DNA of 63,703 nt, the filler included, from Reclinomonas americana ATCC 50394 (lineage: Eukaryota): the NCBI GenBank assembly GCA_048213135.1. It is 25 parts of 25 records of this genome, joined end to end, with 100 filler letters (N's around TTAATTAATTAA, not from the genome) between each part and the next. Parts side by side here need not be neighbours in the genome. Positions count along the whole stretch, not along the records: positions 1 to 4,617 come from AFZH01023959.1; positions 4,718 to 7,907 come from AFZH01023960.1; positions 8,008 to 10,799 come from AFZH01023961.1; positions 10,900 to 12,649 come from AFZH01023962.1; 21 more parts are not named here. One strand, given 5' to 3'. Positions 1 to 12,003 of the stretch are shown one piece after another. The translations under genes were made by a program, and so were the position numbers. Position 1 is the first letter of the stretch. Every line of letters begins with the position of its first letter. A model generated the notes under the pieces. The model ran no database searches, was not told where the DNA came from, and saw only the letters and a program-made list of their open reading frames with translations.

Positions 1-63
1 TCGCACACACACACACACACGAGTGAGCAGACAACTGGGGAGGAAGAGGGTGGACAACCTCAC

Positions 64-639
64 CTGCATGAGACGCTCGAGTTGCTTGTCGCGCGGTGTG
101 AACACCACAATGCGCTCTTGCAAGAACCGTGGCACGACGGCCATCTTCTCCAGCAGCGCCGAGTCGAGCACCACAATGTGTGTGGCCTCCACCCACGCCA
201 TCATGATGCGGCGAAAGATCTCGCGACCAATGGCCGGGTGTGTGATGCGATTGAGTTTCTGGATGAGAGTGTGAGTGAGAGCATGAAAGGGCAGGAGAGA
301 GGCAAGGAGGGAGGGAGAGCCAACTTGAAGAGCAGATGGGTCGGAGAACACAATGTTGCTGAGGGCGGGGCGATTGAGGGTGCCGAGAGCGGTGAGCACC
401 GAGTTGCCGAACTCGGCGGCGATGCGTTGCAGCAGCTTGCTGCCGGGTTGCGAGATCAGGTCGTCGTAGACGCGATCGGCATCGATGACACACACATTGC
501 CGTGGCGACTGAGCACCTCGGAGACTGTGGACTTGCCACTGGCGATGCCGCCTGCGTGGAGGGTGTGTAATGGTGTCAGTGCAGAGTGGGGGTGGAAGGA
601 AAGGCTGCATGATGCACCCGTGAGGCCGACGAGCAACAT
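64..639 (-). CDS. DCAKD: Dephospho-CoA kinase (CoaE/DCAKD family), spliced, 3' end runs off the window
   Basis: Exons 639-618, 551-325 and 258-64 are joined by GT..AG introns. They read MLLVGLTG|GIASGKSTVSEVL...VIDADRVY...LNRPALSNIVFSDPSALQ|KLNRITHPAI...VVLDSALL...QLERLMQ, which contains the DPCK P-loop GLTGGIASGKST, IDAD and LNxITHP motifs. Confidence 0.93.
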
Positions 640-1833
640 TCTTGTTTGTTTTCAGCGGTGGAATGGGAGAGGACACCATGACACCCTTCCACGCAACAGT
701 GTGAGGCGGTGTGGCACGCAAGAACATCGACTGCGGGAAAGTATGACAGCGCGAACAGGCAGTGTGCAGCTGCGCAGTCTGCACTGGAGTTTCAGCCAAA
801 GTTTTTCCGTGGCCGGCGACGCTGTTTGTTGTCGACGTCTTCCCATGTTATAATTAAGAAGCTGTATGAGGACTGGACATGCAGGATACAGCTCATGCGA
901 ACGGTGTGGTGGGGGAGGTGGAGGGTGGTGAGGGTGGTGAGGGTGTCGAGCGTTGGGGTCGACCGCACAGAGAGATTCGAATATTCAGGAGCGGACGCAC
1001 TCGAGCTCGAGCCCAGCAGCGTTCACACTCGCATGCACGACAACGTGTCCAATCAGCATCAAGCGTCAGTGGCTGTGGATGCGCTGACACTGCGAGCGCG
1101 ACGGGAGAAGATGCGTGGCCCACGACGAGGGAAAGGATGTGCGCATCTGCATCGAATTCTTCACGATCGGATAAACTCTCTTGCCAACTACTATTCTTTT
1201 GAGCGCCTCGTGTGCTCCACACACATCGCAGTGCGCCAGCTGCAACTTGGCGACGCTGGTCGAAGGTTGCGGTTGTCGTGAGGCTGATCCAACGCGGCGT
1301 GCGTCCGATGCGATTGCAATTGGTATGTCAGAGCGCATGCGCACCTTTTCGTCCGAAACTCTTCGGACGTTTACCGCCGTGGAGAGAGGGGGGGAGAGGG
1401 GCAAGAGTGGAGGAGACGGTGGAGGTGAGTCGCAGTGGGGGTAAGTAGGGGGAGAATCCGCTGTTAAGATGCACTCTTGTACAAGCGTGCATGCAGAATT
1501 CGAAAACCACGCGCCCATTGACAAGCGATTACCCGCTGCACACTGCAGCTGCAGCTGCGCAAGGCGGGATGGAACACAGGCCACGAACGCAGGCTGCCAA
1601 CCGACCCGGAGAAACTCTAATCTTCAAGTTCGCATTTGGCTATTGTCCCCCCCCCTGGAAAAGGCCAGGAGCATATGCGCATTTAAGGGCAGATCGCATT
1701 TTTTGACCGCATCGTCCTTTTTTCTCGTCTTTCCTTGAGCGAAGACCAGGTGCCTTCACTTCTTGTTTCCTCCTCGAACTTATTCGCATCTTTCACGATC
1801 ACTCATCGCTCTCTCCTCCCCCCACCCTGCAGC

Positions 1834-4574
1834 ATGTCTCTCTCTCGTCGCACCTCGACAACACTGCTCCTCGTGGCTCTTGCCATGACGCTGCTCGCCA
1901 CCACCGCCATGGCCTGCAGTGGCGACTCGGAATGCAACTACCCCTACGGATACTGCAAGTCGTTGCGTCTCGCTGCGAGAGAGAGAGTGATGCTGTTTTT
2001 TCTCCCTGCCCTGGTTGCTGCGTTTGTTTTGTTTTGTCTGATTGTTGTGTTTGACGCATTCTTCCGCCTTCTTCACCCTCTTATCCTCGCCCCCTTTCTC
2101 CCTCTCCTGCTTCCCTCTCGTGCGTGTTGTCACCTCGGGCTCCTGTGCATGTGTGTGCGGAAAGAGTTTTCGAGTTTCGGACTTTTTTCTAAGATCATGC
2201 CCTTTCGTCTGTGCGTGTGTGCCGCCTCTCTCGTTGTTTTCCTGTATCTCGCTGTCGATCAAGGCAGTGTTGTGTGATCTGACTCACGTCTCTTTGTCTT
2301 GACTCTCACCACCCCATCCCCCCCTTTCTCCCCCTCTCCCCTTCTCGCTCTCTCTCTCTCCCCGCAGTGGCTCGTGCATCTGCGGCAACCGCTCTGACGG
2401 CTCCCTCAACCTCAACCGCGGCGACTCGTGCCAGTGCTACGCTGGTGGCAAGGGCGGCCAGTGCAATGGCGCGCAGTACCCAAACAACTACGCCTACGGC
2501 ACCTCCACTCAGTGCACGACGGCCGCCGCCTGCATTGCCGCCACATCGACCCCGCCGGTGGCGACGTGCTCAGTTGACTCGGACTGCAACTACCCGTTGC
2601 GTTCTTAACTCGTGCACACTTGTATACGCACTCCGCAGTATGTTGACAATATTCCTCTCCCGCACACAGGTACGGTTTCTGCCAGTCCGGTTCGTGCTTC
2701 TGCGGCAACCGTAGCGACCTGTCGCGCAACCTCAACGTGGGCACGCACTGCCAGTGCTTTGCGGGCGGCCGCGGTGGCGAGTGCAATGGCGTCAACTACC
2801 CCAACAATTACTCCTTCAACGGCGGATGCGGCTCGCCAGCCGCCTGTGTGGCCTTCACCGAGTGCGCTCCGTGCCCGGCCAACCAGTACCAGTCGTCGCC
2901 GTGCACACCCATGGCCGATCGCGTGTGCACCGACCTCACCGTGTGCCAGGCGGGCGAAGTCGAGCGTGTCGCGCCCACCGCCACCAGTGATCGCGTGTGG
3001 TGAGTTTTGTTCGGAAAAACTTCTGCCTGTCTTTATGCATGCTGCTCACCGTACCCGTCACAGTGCCACCCGCGGAGGCATCGTGAGCGGCACCGTGAAG
3101 GACGCCTTCAATGGTACCCTCATGTCCGGTGTGGCCGTGAGCATCGGCAGCCACAGCACCTTCACCAACGACCAGGGTACTTTCTCGTTCGGTGTCCTGG
3201 ACGCCACTCCCAGCGCGGTGCTCATTGCCTCGTACACTGGCTACCTCGTCAACTACCGCACCCTGTCGATTGTCGACGGCGAGACAACCTGGGTCAACGT
3301 GCAGATCGCGCACACTCAAGTGCAGCAGCTGGTGACTCCGGCCATCGGCGGCGCCGTGTCGAGCAACTCGCACACGGTCACCTTCCCGGCCAACGCGTTC
3401 GCCTACGCCGACGACCCAACGCAGCTCGTGACGAATCCGGTCAGCGTGTTCCTGGCAGGCTTCGACTTCAGCAGCGTGAATGCGCACATGAACGCCTTCC
3501 CCGGCGATTTCATCGGCCGTGACGGCAGCGGCAACTCGGTGTCGCTGAGCAGCCTCGGTTTCCTCCACGTGCGCATGGTGGACTCTGTCAACGGAAAGAT
3601 TGTTGAGCTGGCGCCTGGCGTCTCCGCCACACTGCGCCTCGAGTCGGCTCTCTCTGCCACGGCGCCGGCAACCGTGCCTCTGTGGAGCTTCGACACGGCC
3701 TCTGGCCAGTGGGTGCAGGAGACGTTTGGTGCGCGTGACGGCTCGGCGCTGGTTGGCACGTGCGTAACCCTTGCCTTTCTCACTCTCTCTCTGTTACTTT
3801 CGTCTAACCGTGTCTCTCCTCTGCAGGGTGACGCACTTTTCGTACTGGAACTGGGACATTGTCGACCAGACCATTTACGCCACCGGCTGCGTGACGTTTG
3901 CCAGCGGCGCGCGAGTGTCCAACGTGGAGGTCGTGCACACGGGCGAAGGCTTCATGGGCTCGTCGAGGGCCCTGACTCAGTGGGACGGGTGCTTCCGTAT
4001 CCCCGTCCGTGCCGCAAGCACGATTCACCTGGTGGCCACCTACTTTGGCGTCAACGGCACGGTGCTGACACTCGTCACCCCCGCGTACCCGCATGCCGAC
4101 ATTGCCGTCGGCAACTTGCTGCTCACGACGGCTCCGATTGACCTGTACGTCTTGCTGATTTGGGGTGTGCACCCGCACGACCTCGACAGCCACCTGTTCA
4201 CGCCGGTTCCGGCCCCCAACACGGCTCACCACATCTACTATGTGAACCGTGGCTCCCTGATCGTCAGTCCGTTTGCCGGCCTCAACACCGATGACACGAC
4301 ATCGTACGGACCGGAGATTACTGCCGTCAACTTCCAGCCATCGCTCCTCGGCAACTTCACCTACTGCGTGCACAACTACTCGGGCGAGGCAGGCATTGAG
4401 ACGTCGGGCGCAGTGGTACTGTACGTGTACCCCAAGAAGTTCAAGTTCCAGTTTTACACTGTGCCGACCTCCAACCCCAACCATTACCGCTGGTGGAAGG
4501 TGTTCTCGTTCAACCGTGCTGGAACGACTGCGACCTTCAGCTCCGTCAACACGCTCGTCAACGCCTGCACTTGA
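1834..4574 (+). CDS. Secreted mosaic protein, 709 aa: signal peptide, two 10-Cys repeats, TNFR-like Cys repeats, carboxypeptidase-regulatory-like domain, CILP/FAM171-like HFS domain, YfaP-like C-terminal domain
   Basis: Exons 1834-1961, 2368-2595, 2670-2999, 3064-3759 and 3827-4574 (four phase-2 GT..AG introns) total 2130 nt in one frame. Features: hydrophobic leader ending AMA|C; CTPMADRVC and PTATSDRVC repeats; VSGTVKDA..G..TNDQGTF; VPLWSFD...GQW...VTHFSYWNWD; LIWGVHPHDLDSHL...DDTTSYGPE. Domain names are from motif recognition. Confidence 0.8.
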
Positions 4575-4617
4575 GCGGCCATCAGTGCGACAGTTTTGTG
4601 GATAGGCGTGCATTGTA

Positions 4618-4717
4618 NNNNNNNNNNNNNNNNNNNNNNNNNNNNNNNNNNNNNNNNNNNNTTAATTAATTAANNNNNNNNNNNNNNNNNNNNNNNNNNN
4701 NNNNNNNNNNNNNNNNN
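4618..4717. other. Artificial contig/scaffold-gap spacer (N44-TTAATTAATTAA-N44), 24 copies in the window
   Basis: Identical 100-bp spacer with stops in all frames. Starts at 4618, 7908, 10800, 12650, 15391, 19549, 21704, 24143, 27201, 29436, 32521, 35526, 36771, 38058, 39858, 45717, 47751, 48948, 50110, 55876, 57045, 59255, 60954 and 62529. Confidence 0.99.
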
Positions 4718-5132
4718 GCCAAAAACAGTGGTGGTGTCGCGATCGTACGTTGGTGGCGTGGTTGAAACAGGAGAGAGCTTGCAAGTCATGTTGTTGGTGA
4801 GGCTCATATTAATATTGGTGGGCGCAGTTGTTGTTGTTGTTGTTGTTGTTGTCATTGTTGTCGCAGCAGTGATTTCAAACACTGTGACAGCCACTGACCG
4901 GTGGCCGCATAGTGAGAAAACACAATGTTAACGGTGTTACTGTGCGATCGTAGTCTTGTTGTAGTTGTCGTTCTCCGCTGTTGTCACTGTCGATCACTGC
5001 TGTCGTGGTACATCTATCTCTACATCAGTGCAGTGTTGCTCTTGTTGTTTCTTGCATTCACAACATGCATCAGCCATTCACTATCGACTGCAGTGCGACC
5101 TGACCATCACTCTCACTCTCGCTCTTCCCTCG

Positions 5133-7125
5133 TCACGCGCACTGATAGATGACTTCCAGAACACGGAAACCCACATTGCCGGTGCCGTTACCGAGCGCAC
5201 CAGCATTGTTCTGATGATTCCAGCATGACGCAAAAACGCCGGTGAATGGCGCACCCTCCAAGTTCTCCACTCGCGTCCAACATGACGCCGATCCATTGCA
5301 GTTGTGCATCACCACCGACTACAATGGCGATCAGTCCTCACCACATTTTGTGCAGATACCGATGATACTGATATCAAACCGTGTAATCCTTGACTTGAGC
5401 GCACACGGGAGTGTTTGCCACGTTTCCGTAGCAACCGTCCGTGGTGAGAGTGCCGCGTACTCGGGCGGAAATGACCGATATGTGGCGGTTCTCGGCAGCG
5501 CAGCTCAAATCCACGGCCCAACCACCACACGCCTGGTAGCGCTTGACGGTGGCCGGCGGTGGTGGAGGTGGTGGTGAGGGCTGACCGACGCACGTGAATT
5601 CCACGTATAGCACACGTGACTTGGTGCACGCAAGAGAGGCGGGCTGTGCCGACAAGTGGGGCAAGTGAATGATTGATATTTGATGCAAGACAGTGGGTGA
5701 GTGCAGTGCAAGCAAACCTCAAAGTCTTCCACACGTAGCCAGGCAGCCTGCTGTCCGTTGGCCGCGCGCACGATGCCATTGGAGAGGATGTTGTTCCACA
5801 CTGCACATGAGCCAGTGGCAATCATCTTGCACCCATCGGCTGATTGTGACCAAGGAAGGAGTGAGAGCTCGTGCGTCACACACAGCAGGTGATCACGTTT
5901 CAAGTAACACCTTGTGTGCAGCCTCGAATGTCGGCCGAGAGGATCTTGATGACACCGGATCGGCACACAAGGTCGACAGAATTTGGTGGGCTGTAGCCTC
6001 CAGGTGCGCGCAGGGTGTAGACGTATGACACATCGGCGTGTGCTGTTCGAGTGACCGACACGACGGCCAGGTAGAAGATGGAAACGACGGCGACGGCATG
6101 TATGCAGGCCGCAAAGAGGCCGAGAGTGGGTCGTACATGGTGGTGGCGAGTGCTCATGAGGTGGGGGTGTAAAAAGGAATGTATAAGAAAGCAAACCGGC
6201 GAGTGCACGTGGGTCTCATCACTCCGGGAGAAACCGGAAGTGTATGGTTGCGATTCACCTATTTATTCACCGTCACACAATCAACGCATGTCGCCACCTG
6301 GTGGGATCCTCGGCGACGGCGGAGAGTGACGGAACGCTGCGTGGCGCGTGGTGAGGACGCTGTTGGTCGAACAAATGCCAGTTGCAATGCTGTACATCGA
6401 GCTCGTCGGGATGCAGCAGCATGCAGTACTTCGGGATGACTGAAGATTCCTCGGGGAAACGTGCCCTGTGGTGGTGAGCGGACTCGCCGGCTGCGTGCGC
6501 AGGAACAATATCGGTTGCCGACAGATTTTCGGCGATCGCGCGCGAGCGGACACGTGCAACGCGACGGAGACGACGACCTGCTGGAGTGGGTGCTGCTGTC
6601 CATTGATGACCATCGAGGAGGCATGCCAATGTCACTACCACTCTTGTTGTCCACCGATTCACAGCTGCAGCGCAGGAGGTGTGTGTGATCGGATGTTTGC
6701 AATTAAATTCTTCTAGTTCATGATCAGCTTCAGCTTCAGTTTCTCCACCTCGGAACACTCGGCCGTGGTGTGCATGTGGCAGCGACAATGGCGATAGGAT
6801 TGCCGCGTGCTTTTCCCTGTCTGCTGCGCAACGGAGTCACGGGTGTGTGCAAGAGATCGGATTTCAATCTGCGAATGTTGCAAGTCGACGTCGACCTCCG
6901 CAATCACTACTGGTTGTGAGGTTACCGCTGCGCTTCTGTTCAGCTGCCATTGGTGATCATCCTCTAGGTTGGCTTGCTTTATGGACTGATCAAGCCGTTG
7001 GTGTTGGTGTAGAATCGCGGTGCAGTGATCATGATCTCTTCTTGATGACGTCGCGATCGCGATCGACCACAAGTTTTTGCAGTTTCTCTCGAGTCACGCT
7101 GAATCCCATGTCGTGCGCTACGTGA
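5133..7125 (-). pseudogene. Possible degenerate eukaryotic gene of unknown family (coiled-coil-like, Pro-rich and globular fragments broken by stops and frame changes)
   Basis: Short protein-like stretches in shifting frames (VTREKLQKLVVDRDRDVIKK; EVEKLKLKLIMN; SPPPPPPP; GNVGFRVLEVIYQCA*). No family recognised. Confidence 0.2.
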
Positions 7126-8011
7126 AACGTGTCTGCCTCTGTAGTAGATGCCAGCTTGTCACTAGTGGGCGGTTGCATGCGCGCGGACGCAGCAAGAGGC
7201 GTTGTTCTGCTTGCGTCGAGTCGATTTGAATCGATAAATCGCGCTGAGATATCGACATCGAATCAGTGATGCACCTGTTGGCAGGTCACAGAGCGTTTTC
7301 CACGCACGAGCCTGTGGTGATGCTCTCTGCTGGGCCATGCTGGCCATGGCTTGTGGACCGCATGCTGCAGTTCGAATTCTTACGGAGCGCAGCGCTGCGA
7401 AATTCATGTGACAACCGCCCCACTGCTTTTCGTGCTGTTAGCGTTCATGTCGGGACCCCACAATGCGAGAGTCATCATCCTCACAATGGTTGCCGTGTGG
7501 GGTGCTCGCAGCGACTTCGGATCCTCGATCGCACACCAAAGAGGAAAGCAATTTTTTGGACAGGCAACACGAGGGACCACGTTCCCAGCCAACCATCCTT
7601 CACATCGCAAGAGTGTGGCTTGACTCTCTGTGATGCGAATGCTTGCGTCACACCGCAGCGTGCGCTTGGCTTGTCCAAGCATCGAATATTCGGTGTTCGA
7701 CTGCATCAGACCGCTAAATCGTTGCTTTTGTATGTCGCCGTGAGAGCGCGCGAGTTACGCCGGCCCTCTGCCTCGCGTACCTTGGCATCCTTATCTCTCA
7801 CATGCGCCTGTGTGGGCGGCATGCAGGTGATTACCGCTCTCACGCTGACGTCGACACGCGTGTACCTCCAGCTCCCCATGGCGGCGTTGCCGACCAGCGC
7901 CACCACCNNNNNNNNNNNNNNNNNNNNNNNNNNNNNNNNNNNNNNNNNNNNTTAATTAATTAANNNNNNNNNNNNNNNNNNNNNNNNNNNNNNNNNNNNN
8001 NNNNNNNCCAT

Positions 8012-9432
8012 TGGAAAACAGGAAGGATAACTCTCTTGATGCGTTCGCTTCTGTCGACTTTCTCTCTTCGAAGAGCAAGCCACCTGGTCGGTACTCTCCT
8101 GTGGCGATCACGGAAAGCCTGTTCTCGTGCGTCTAGTCCGTGTGTGCTTTGTGTGTTGCTCGCTCCTGATTGTCACCGTTTCCCGCCTTTCTCATGCCGC
8201 CTTGCTCCGAGACGTCGTCCATCCCTCGCCAGGCTGCAACCAGCATCCCACATAGCATGCGGTAGTGTGAGCGACGTGGCTTCGATGGCGCGTGTGGGCC
8301 TTTGAAAACCGACAAGGGACTAGTCGATGAGAAATCGGCAAGGTGATGTGGCACGAGGTCGCGCTCCACTGCGTCGTGCATGCCCAGCGACACTTCATTT
8401 CGACTGGCCTGCATTCTTTGCCAAAGAGGACTGGAATGTCGGGCAGCATGGATACGCAGCTATGGCCCTATTGTGCTGATGCCACCGCAGAGCACATCAG
8501 AGAATCCAATGAGCACCGAGTCACCTCCTTGGATCGACCCACAGCATGGTTGATGATGGTACAAGGAAGAAAGAGAGTCACAAGGAATGGAAGAGGAGCA
8601 ACCAGCACGCAGCACAGCGACTGAAGTGGTAGCTGCGTCGTGAGGCTCGCCTCCTCTTACCCAACTCACAATCAACGCCTCGTGCCTTCAATCACACTCA
8701 CAGTCTGTCGGTGAATCGTGTCGCGTACGTACTGTGAAGCGCGGAACCACGTGTCTTCGAATGCCAGTGGCCAATCATTTGCCAGCACGCCTGTGTCCAG
8801 ATGATACACAGAACTGCGTCAGTCAATCTCCATGTCTCACCAACTTGCTCGTCAACGCAGATGCAGAACACGCACGCACCATGTGTTACTGGCCCAGCAC
8901 GAGACTGCAGTCTCCCATGGCCACCACCAGTGTCGCTCGGCAGAGACAGCAGCAACCAAGGTGCGCACACCATCAATCCGCTCCGACTTGCCAGCCGGGA
9001 TTCAAAAACGATCCACCGACCGGGCCACCATGTCGCACATTACGGCACGCATGTGTGCACCCACCCACGCCACGCACTTCATGGTATGCACGGCCTGCAT
9101 GAATGAGGTGAGTGGGAGGGAAGGACGAAAGAGCGATCACGAAGAATAGGGCCACACAACTGCTGAGTGCACGGAGGAATGCGAGTGGGGAGCCAAGTTA
9201 GTGAGGCAACACGCAACGGGCAATGCACCGCACGTCTGCAATCGTCATGGAACAACAACGACGAGCACGTGTCTTCAAGGCGTCCGCATGTCGGTGCGCA
9301 GTGAGCAAAGGAATGGAGAAAGGAGAAAGATGTCTGCTCTAGTCTCACTGACAAACACACCGATCAGCACCTGATACCAACACGCATTTGGTCAAGAGGC
9401 AAGCGAGGAACGTTTCTGCATCCAGACGTCCA

Positions 9433-9470
<38 letters not shown>

Positions 9471-10188
9471 GAGTCAGCATGTAGTCATGCCACCTCACAC
9501 ACTTCGGTGTCGGGATGCTCACCATAATGGACTGGCAGGATGGCAATCGGTGCATCATGAGCAGACCAGCATGCTTGGCCTCGAGCGTGTGCGGGAAGGA
9601 GGGGTGGATGACTGGAGAAGCAGATGAGCACACAGAGGAGAAAACGGCGGAGAAAGAGAGAGAAAGAGAGAGACTTTACAAGGGACAGAGAAGGAGGGCT
9701 CGAGAGCGGAATGACATGCATCCTGCAGAGCCGGAAAGAGACTGTCCGCGGCGCACAGGCACAATGAGAGGAAGAAAAGTGGGACCAAGGAGGTGCGCAA
9801 AGCAAGACGCGAAGAAACAATCATCGGTGATTCGCTCTCCTGAGGCACTCACATGGGCGACGAAAGATGCACGCCCAACAAACATCACAAAGAGACGAAA
9901 AAGACACAACAGACTGCCAAGTGATTCATCTCGCTCGCATACACAAATGGAGGTGAGAAAGAGGCAAGCATGCAGAGGGAGACATGCTTCACGACCGCAC
10001 ACTCCCATTCACATGATAGGGCAACAAGCACAGAGAACAATTCTGCATCATCAAAAACACCTCTGCCTTCCTCTGTCATCTCTCTTCCCCCACCTGCATC
10101 CCGCATGTTCACCCACTCTCCCTCGCAAGACACGGAAACAAACTCACAATCACTAGCAACCATCTGTCCCCACCTCGGACTCACCAAC
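8012..10188. repeat. Conserved ~2.2-kb intergenic unit of the WD40 tandem array (copy 1)
   Basis: Colinear similarity with 12843-15040, 15491-16603, 17769-19548/19649-19815 and 20969-21703. Shared blocks include gccagccgggatt(c/g)aaaacgatccacc, gatcagcacctgataccaaca and cacatgatagggcaacaagcac. An ATG at 8011 on the minus strand, at the contig edge, matches the start context of the copy at 12842. Confidence 0.9.
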
Positions 10189-10799
10189 TCAGCACCGAAA
10201 AAAGACGACCTCGGCATCTTCGACGATGAAACAGCGCAGAACCAGCTCTGGAAGACACCGCGAATCTTCCTCCTCCTGCATCTCCTGTACGGCGTGCATG
10301 GCCAAGCGCGCAGCGTCGAGTTCAAGGCGAGCAAGGCCACGCAGAGACGACCACACTCTTACGGTCTTGTCCTTGCCACCGGCGCTCACAATGTGCTGAC
10401 CATCGGGAGAGACGGCCACGGACGACACCCATCCGTCATGACCCTCCAACCGCCGCACTTCCTCTCCACCCTCCAGAGACCACACCCGAATGGTGCTGTC
10501 TCCACTCCCACTCACAATATGCTGACCGTCGGCAGAGACGGCGATCGATTGTACAAATGCAGTGTGTCCCTCCAACCGTCTCACCTCCTCCCCGCTCGTA
10601 ACTGACCACACCCGCACGGTGCAGTCCCCGCTCCCACTCACGATGCGCTGTCCATCAGGAGTGACGGCGACAGCGTATACCCATCCAGCGTGTCCCGCCA
10701 ACTGTCGCACCTCCTCCCCGCTCGCCAGTGACCACAACCGCACTGTGTTGTCTCCACCGCCACTGACAATGTGTTGACCATCGGGGGTGACGGCGACGG
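10189..10799 (-). CDS. WD40-repeat protein with conserved C-terminal box, 3' part (array gene A)
   Basis: 42-aa repeats EEVRRLEGHxxxVxSVAVxPDGQHIVSGSxDxTVRVWS, then RGLARLELDAARLAM...CLPELVLRCFIVEDAEVVFFRC*. Truncated by the spacer. Confidence 0.92.
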
Positions 10800-10899
10800 N
10801 NNNNNNNNNNNNNNNNNNNNNNNNNNNNNNNNNNNNNNNNNNNTTAATTAATTAANNNNNNNNNNNNNNNNNNNNNNNNNNNNNNNNNNNNNNNNNNNN

Positions 10900-11123
10900 G
10901 GTCTTGTCCGTACACCCACCGACAATGTGCTTGCCATCGGGAGTACAGGTGACGGACCGCGCCACAGAAGTCAGAGTCTGAATGATCTGTATCAAGCACT
11001 CGCAGTGAGGCGCACAAGCACACAAACAACAACCGCACATGCACGAGCACAAGCACACGCTGCGAATGCATGCACAGACACCAACCACGCAAAGTGCGCA
11101 CACATCCACACCTTTGTTGTCAT
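10900..11123 (-). CDS. WD40 array gene, 5' part (probably the start of gene A)
   Basis: Micro-exon 11123-11112 (MTTK), GT..AG intron, exon from 10986 reading IIQTLTSVARSVTCTPDGKHIVGGCTDKT. Same layout as the two complete copies. Confidence 0.85.
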
Positions 11124-12003
11124 TCCCCGTGTGCATATGTGTGTGAGAGAGAGAAAGAGGGTGTGTGTGTGTGTGTGTGTGTGCGTGTGTGTGTGTTTTG
11201 TGATTCATCCGACGGAACATCAACATCCTCTTTCTCTCTCGCGCGCGTGCGTGCGCCTCGCGGTGCTGTCTGTGTCTCAGTGCCTCCTCTCTCTCTCTCC
11301 GCGTCCTCGGCGTGGTGCTCCATTCAGCGATGTGAGTGAGATGTTGTGGCATTGAATGTGTATGCATGCATGCCGAGCCTGTTCAACACGACGCGACATG
11401 AGCATCAACTCCTCCGATCCACGCGCGTGAGTGGGGTGGAGAGCAACAGCACACGATTCTGAAAGAGAGTCACGAGGCAATGCAACTCGTGAGTGGGGTG
11501 CATCACACCGGATACACATGCGTGCAGGAAACGAGTGTGCAGGGCAAGTGCACTCCCTCTCTCCTCGTGGCGTGCGCGGAGAGAAGGGTGGCCATCTGAA
11601 GCGATGCTTGGTGAGCTCTCCATGTTCAAGCGCCAGTGTGCGATGGGGAGACGCGTCAATGATGCCACCGGCCGCTGGTTCGATAGGCGACAGGCTGGCA
11701 TCCGCTCCATTAGAATGACAGGCACAAGACGTGTGTGGTGGCTTGGTGAGGGAGGACTCACTCAATGCCGAGTAGCGCGTGTTAGATCATTCCTTGGTCT
11801 CATCTCAACCACCCACTCACACCTCGCACTCGGAATATATTCGAATACTCTTGTTGCAATCCCACGGCACAGAGCTGTGTCTGCTTTCCGGCACCCTGCA
11901 CTTGGGAGGGCAACAAGGAAGCGCCCTGGCCCGTATGACGAAGTGCGGCAGTCAACAAGACAACGCACAGTGACAGCAATCGGTCTCCGAATCTTCATTG
12001 AGC

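Noticed and set aside
709..1584. Overlapping ORFs between the DPCK gene and the secreted-protein gene
   Set aside because: No recognisable motif, consistent codon bias or convincing exon chain.
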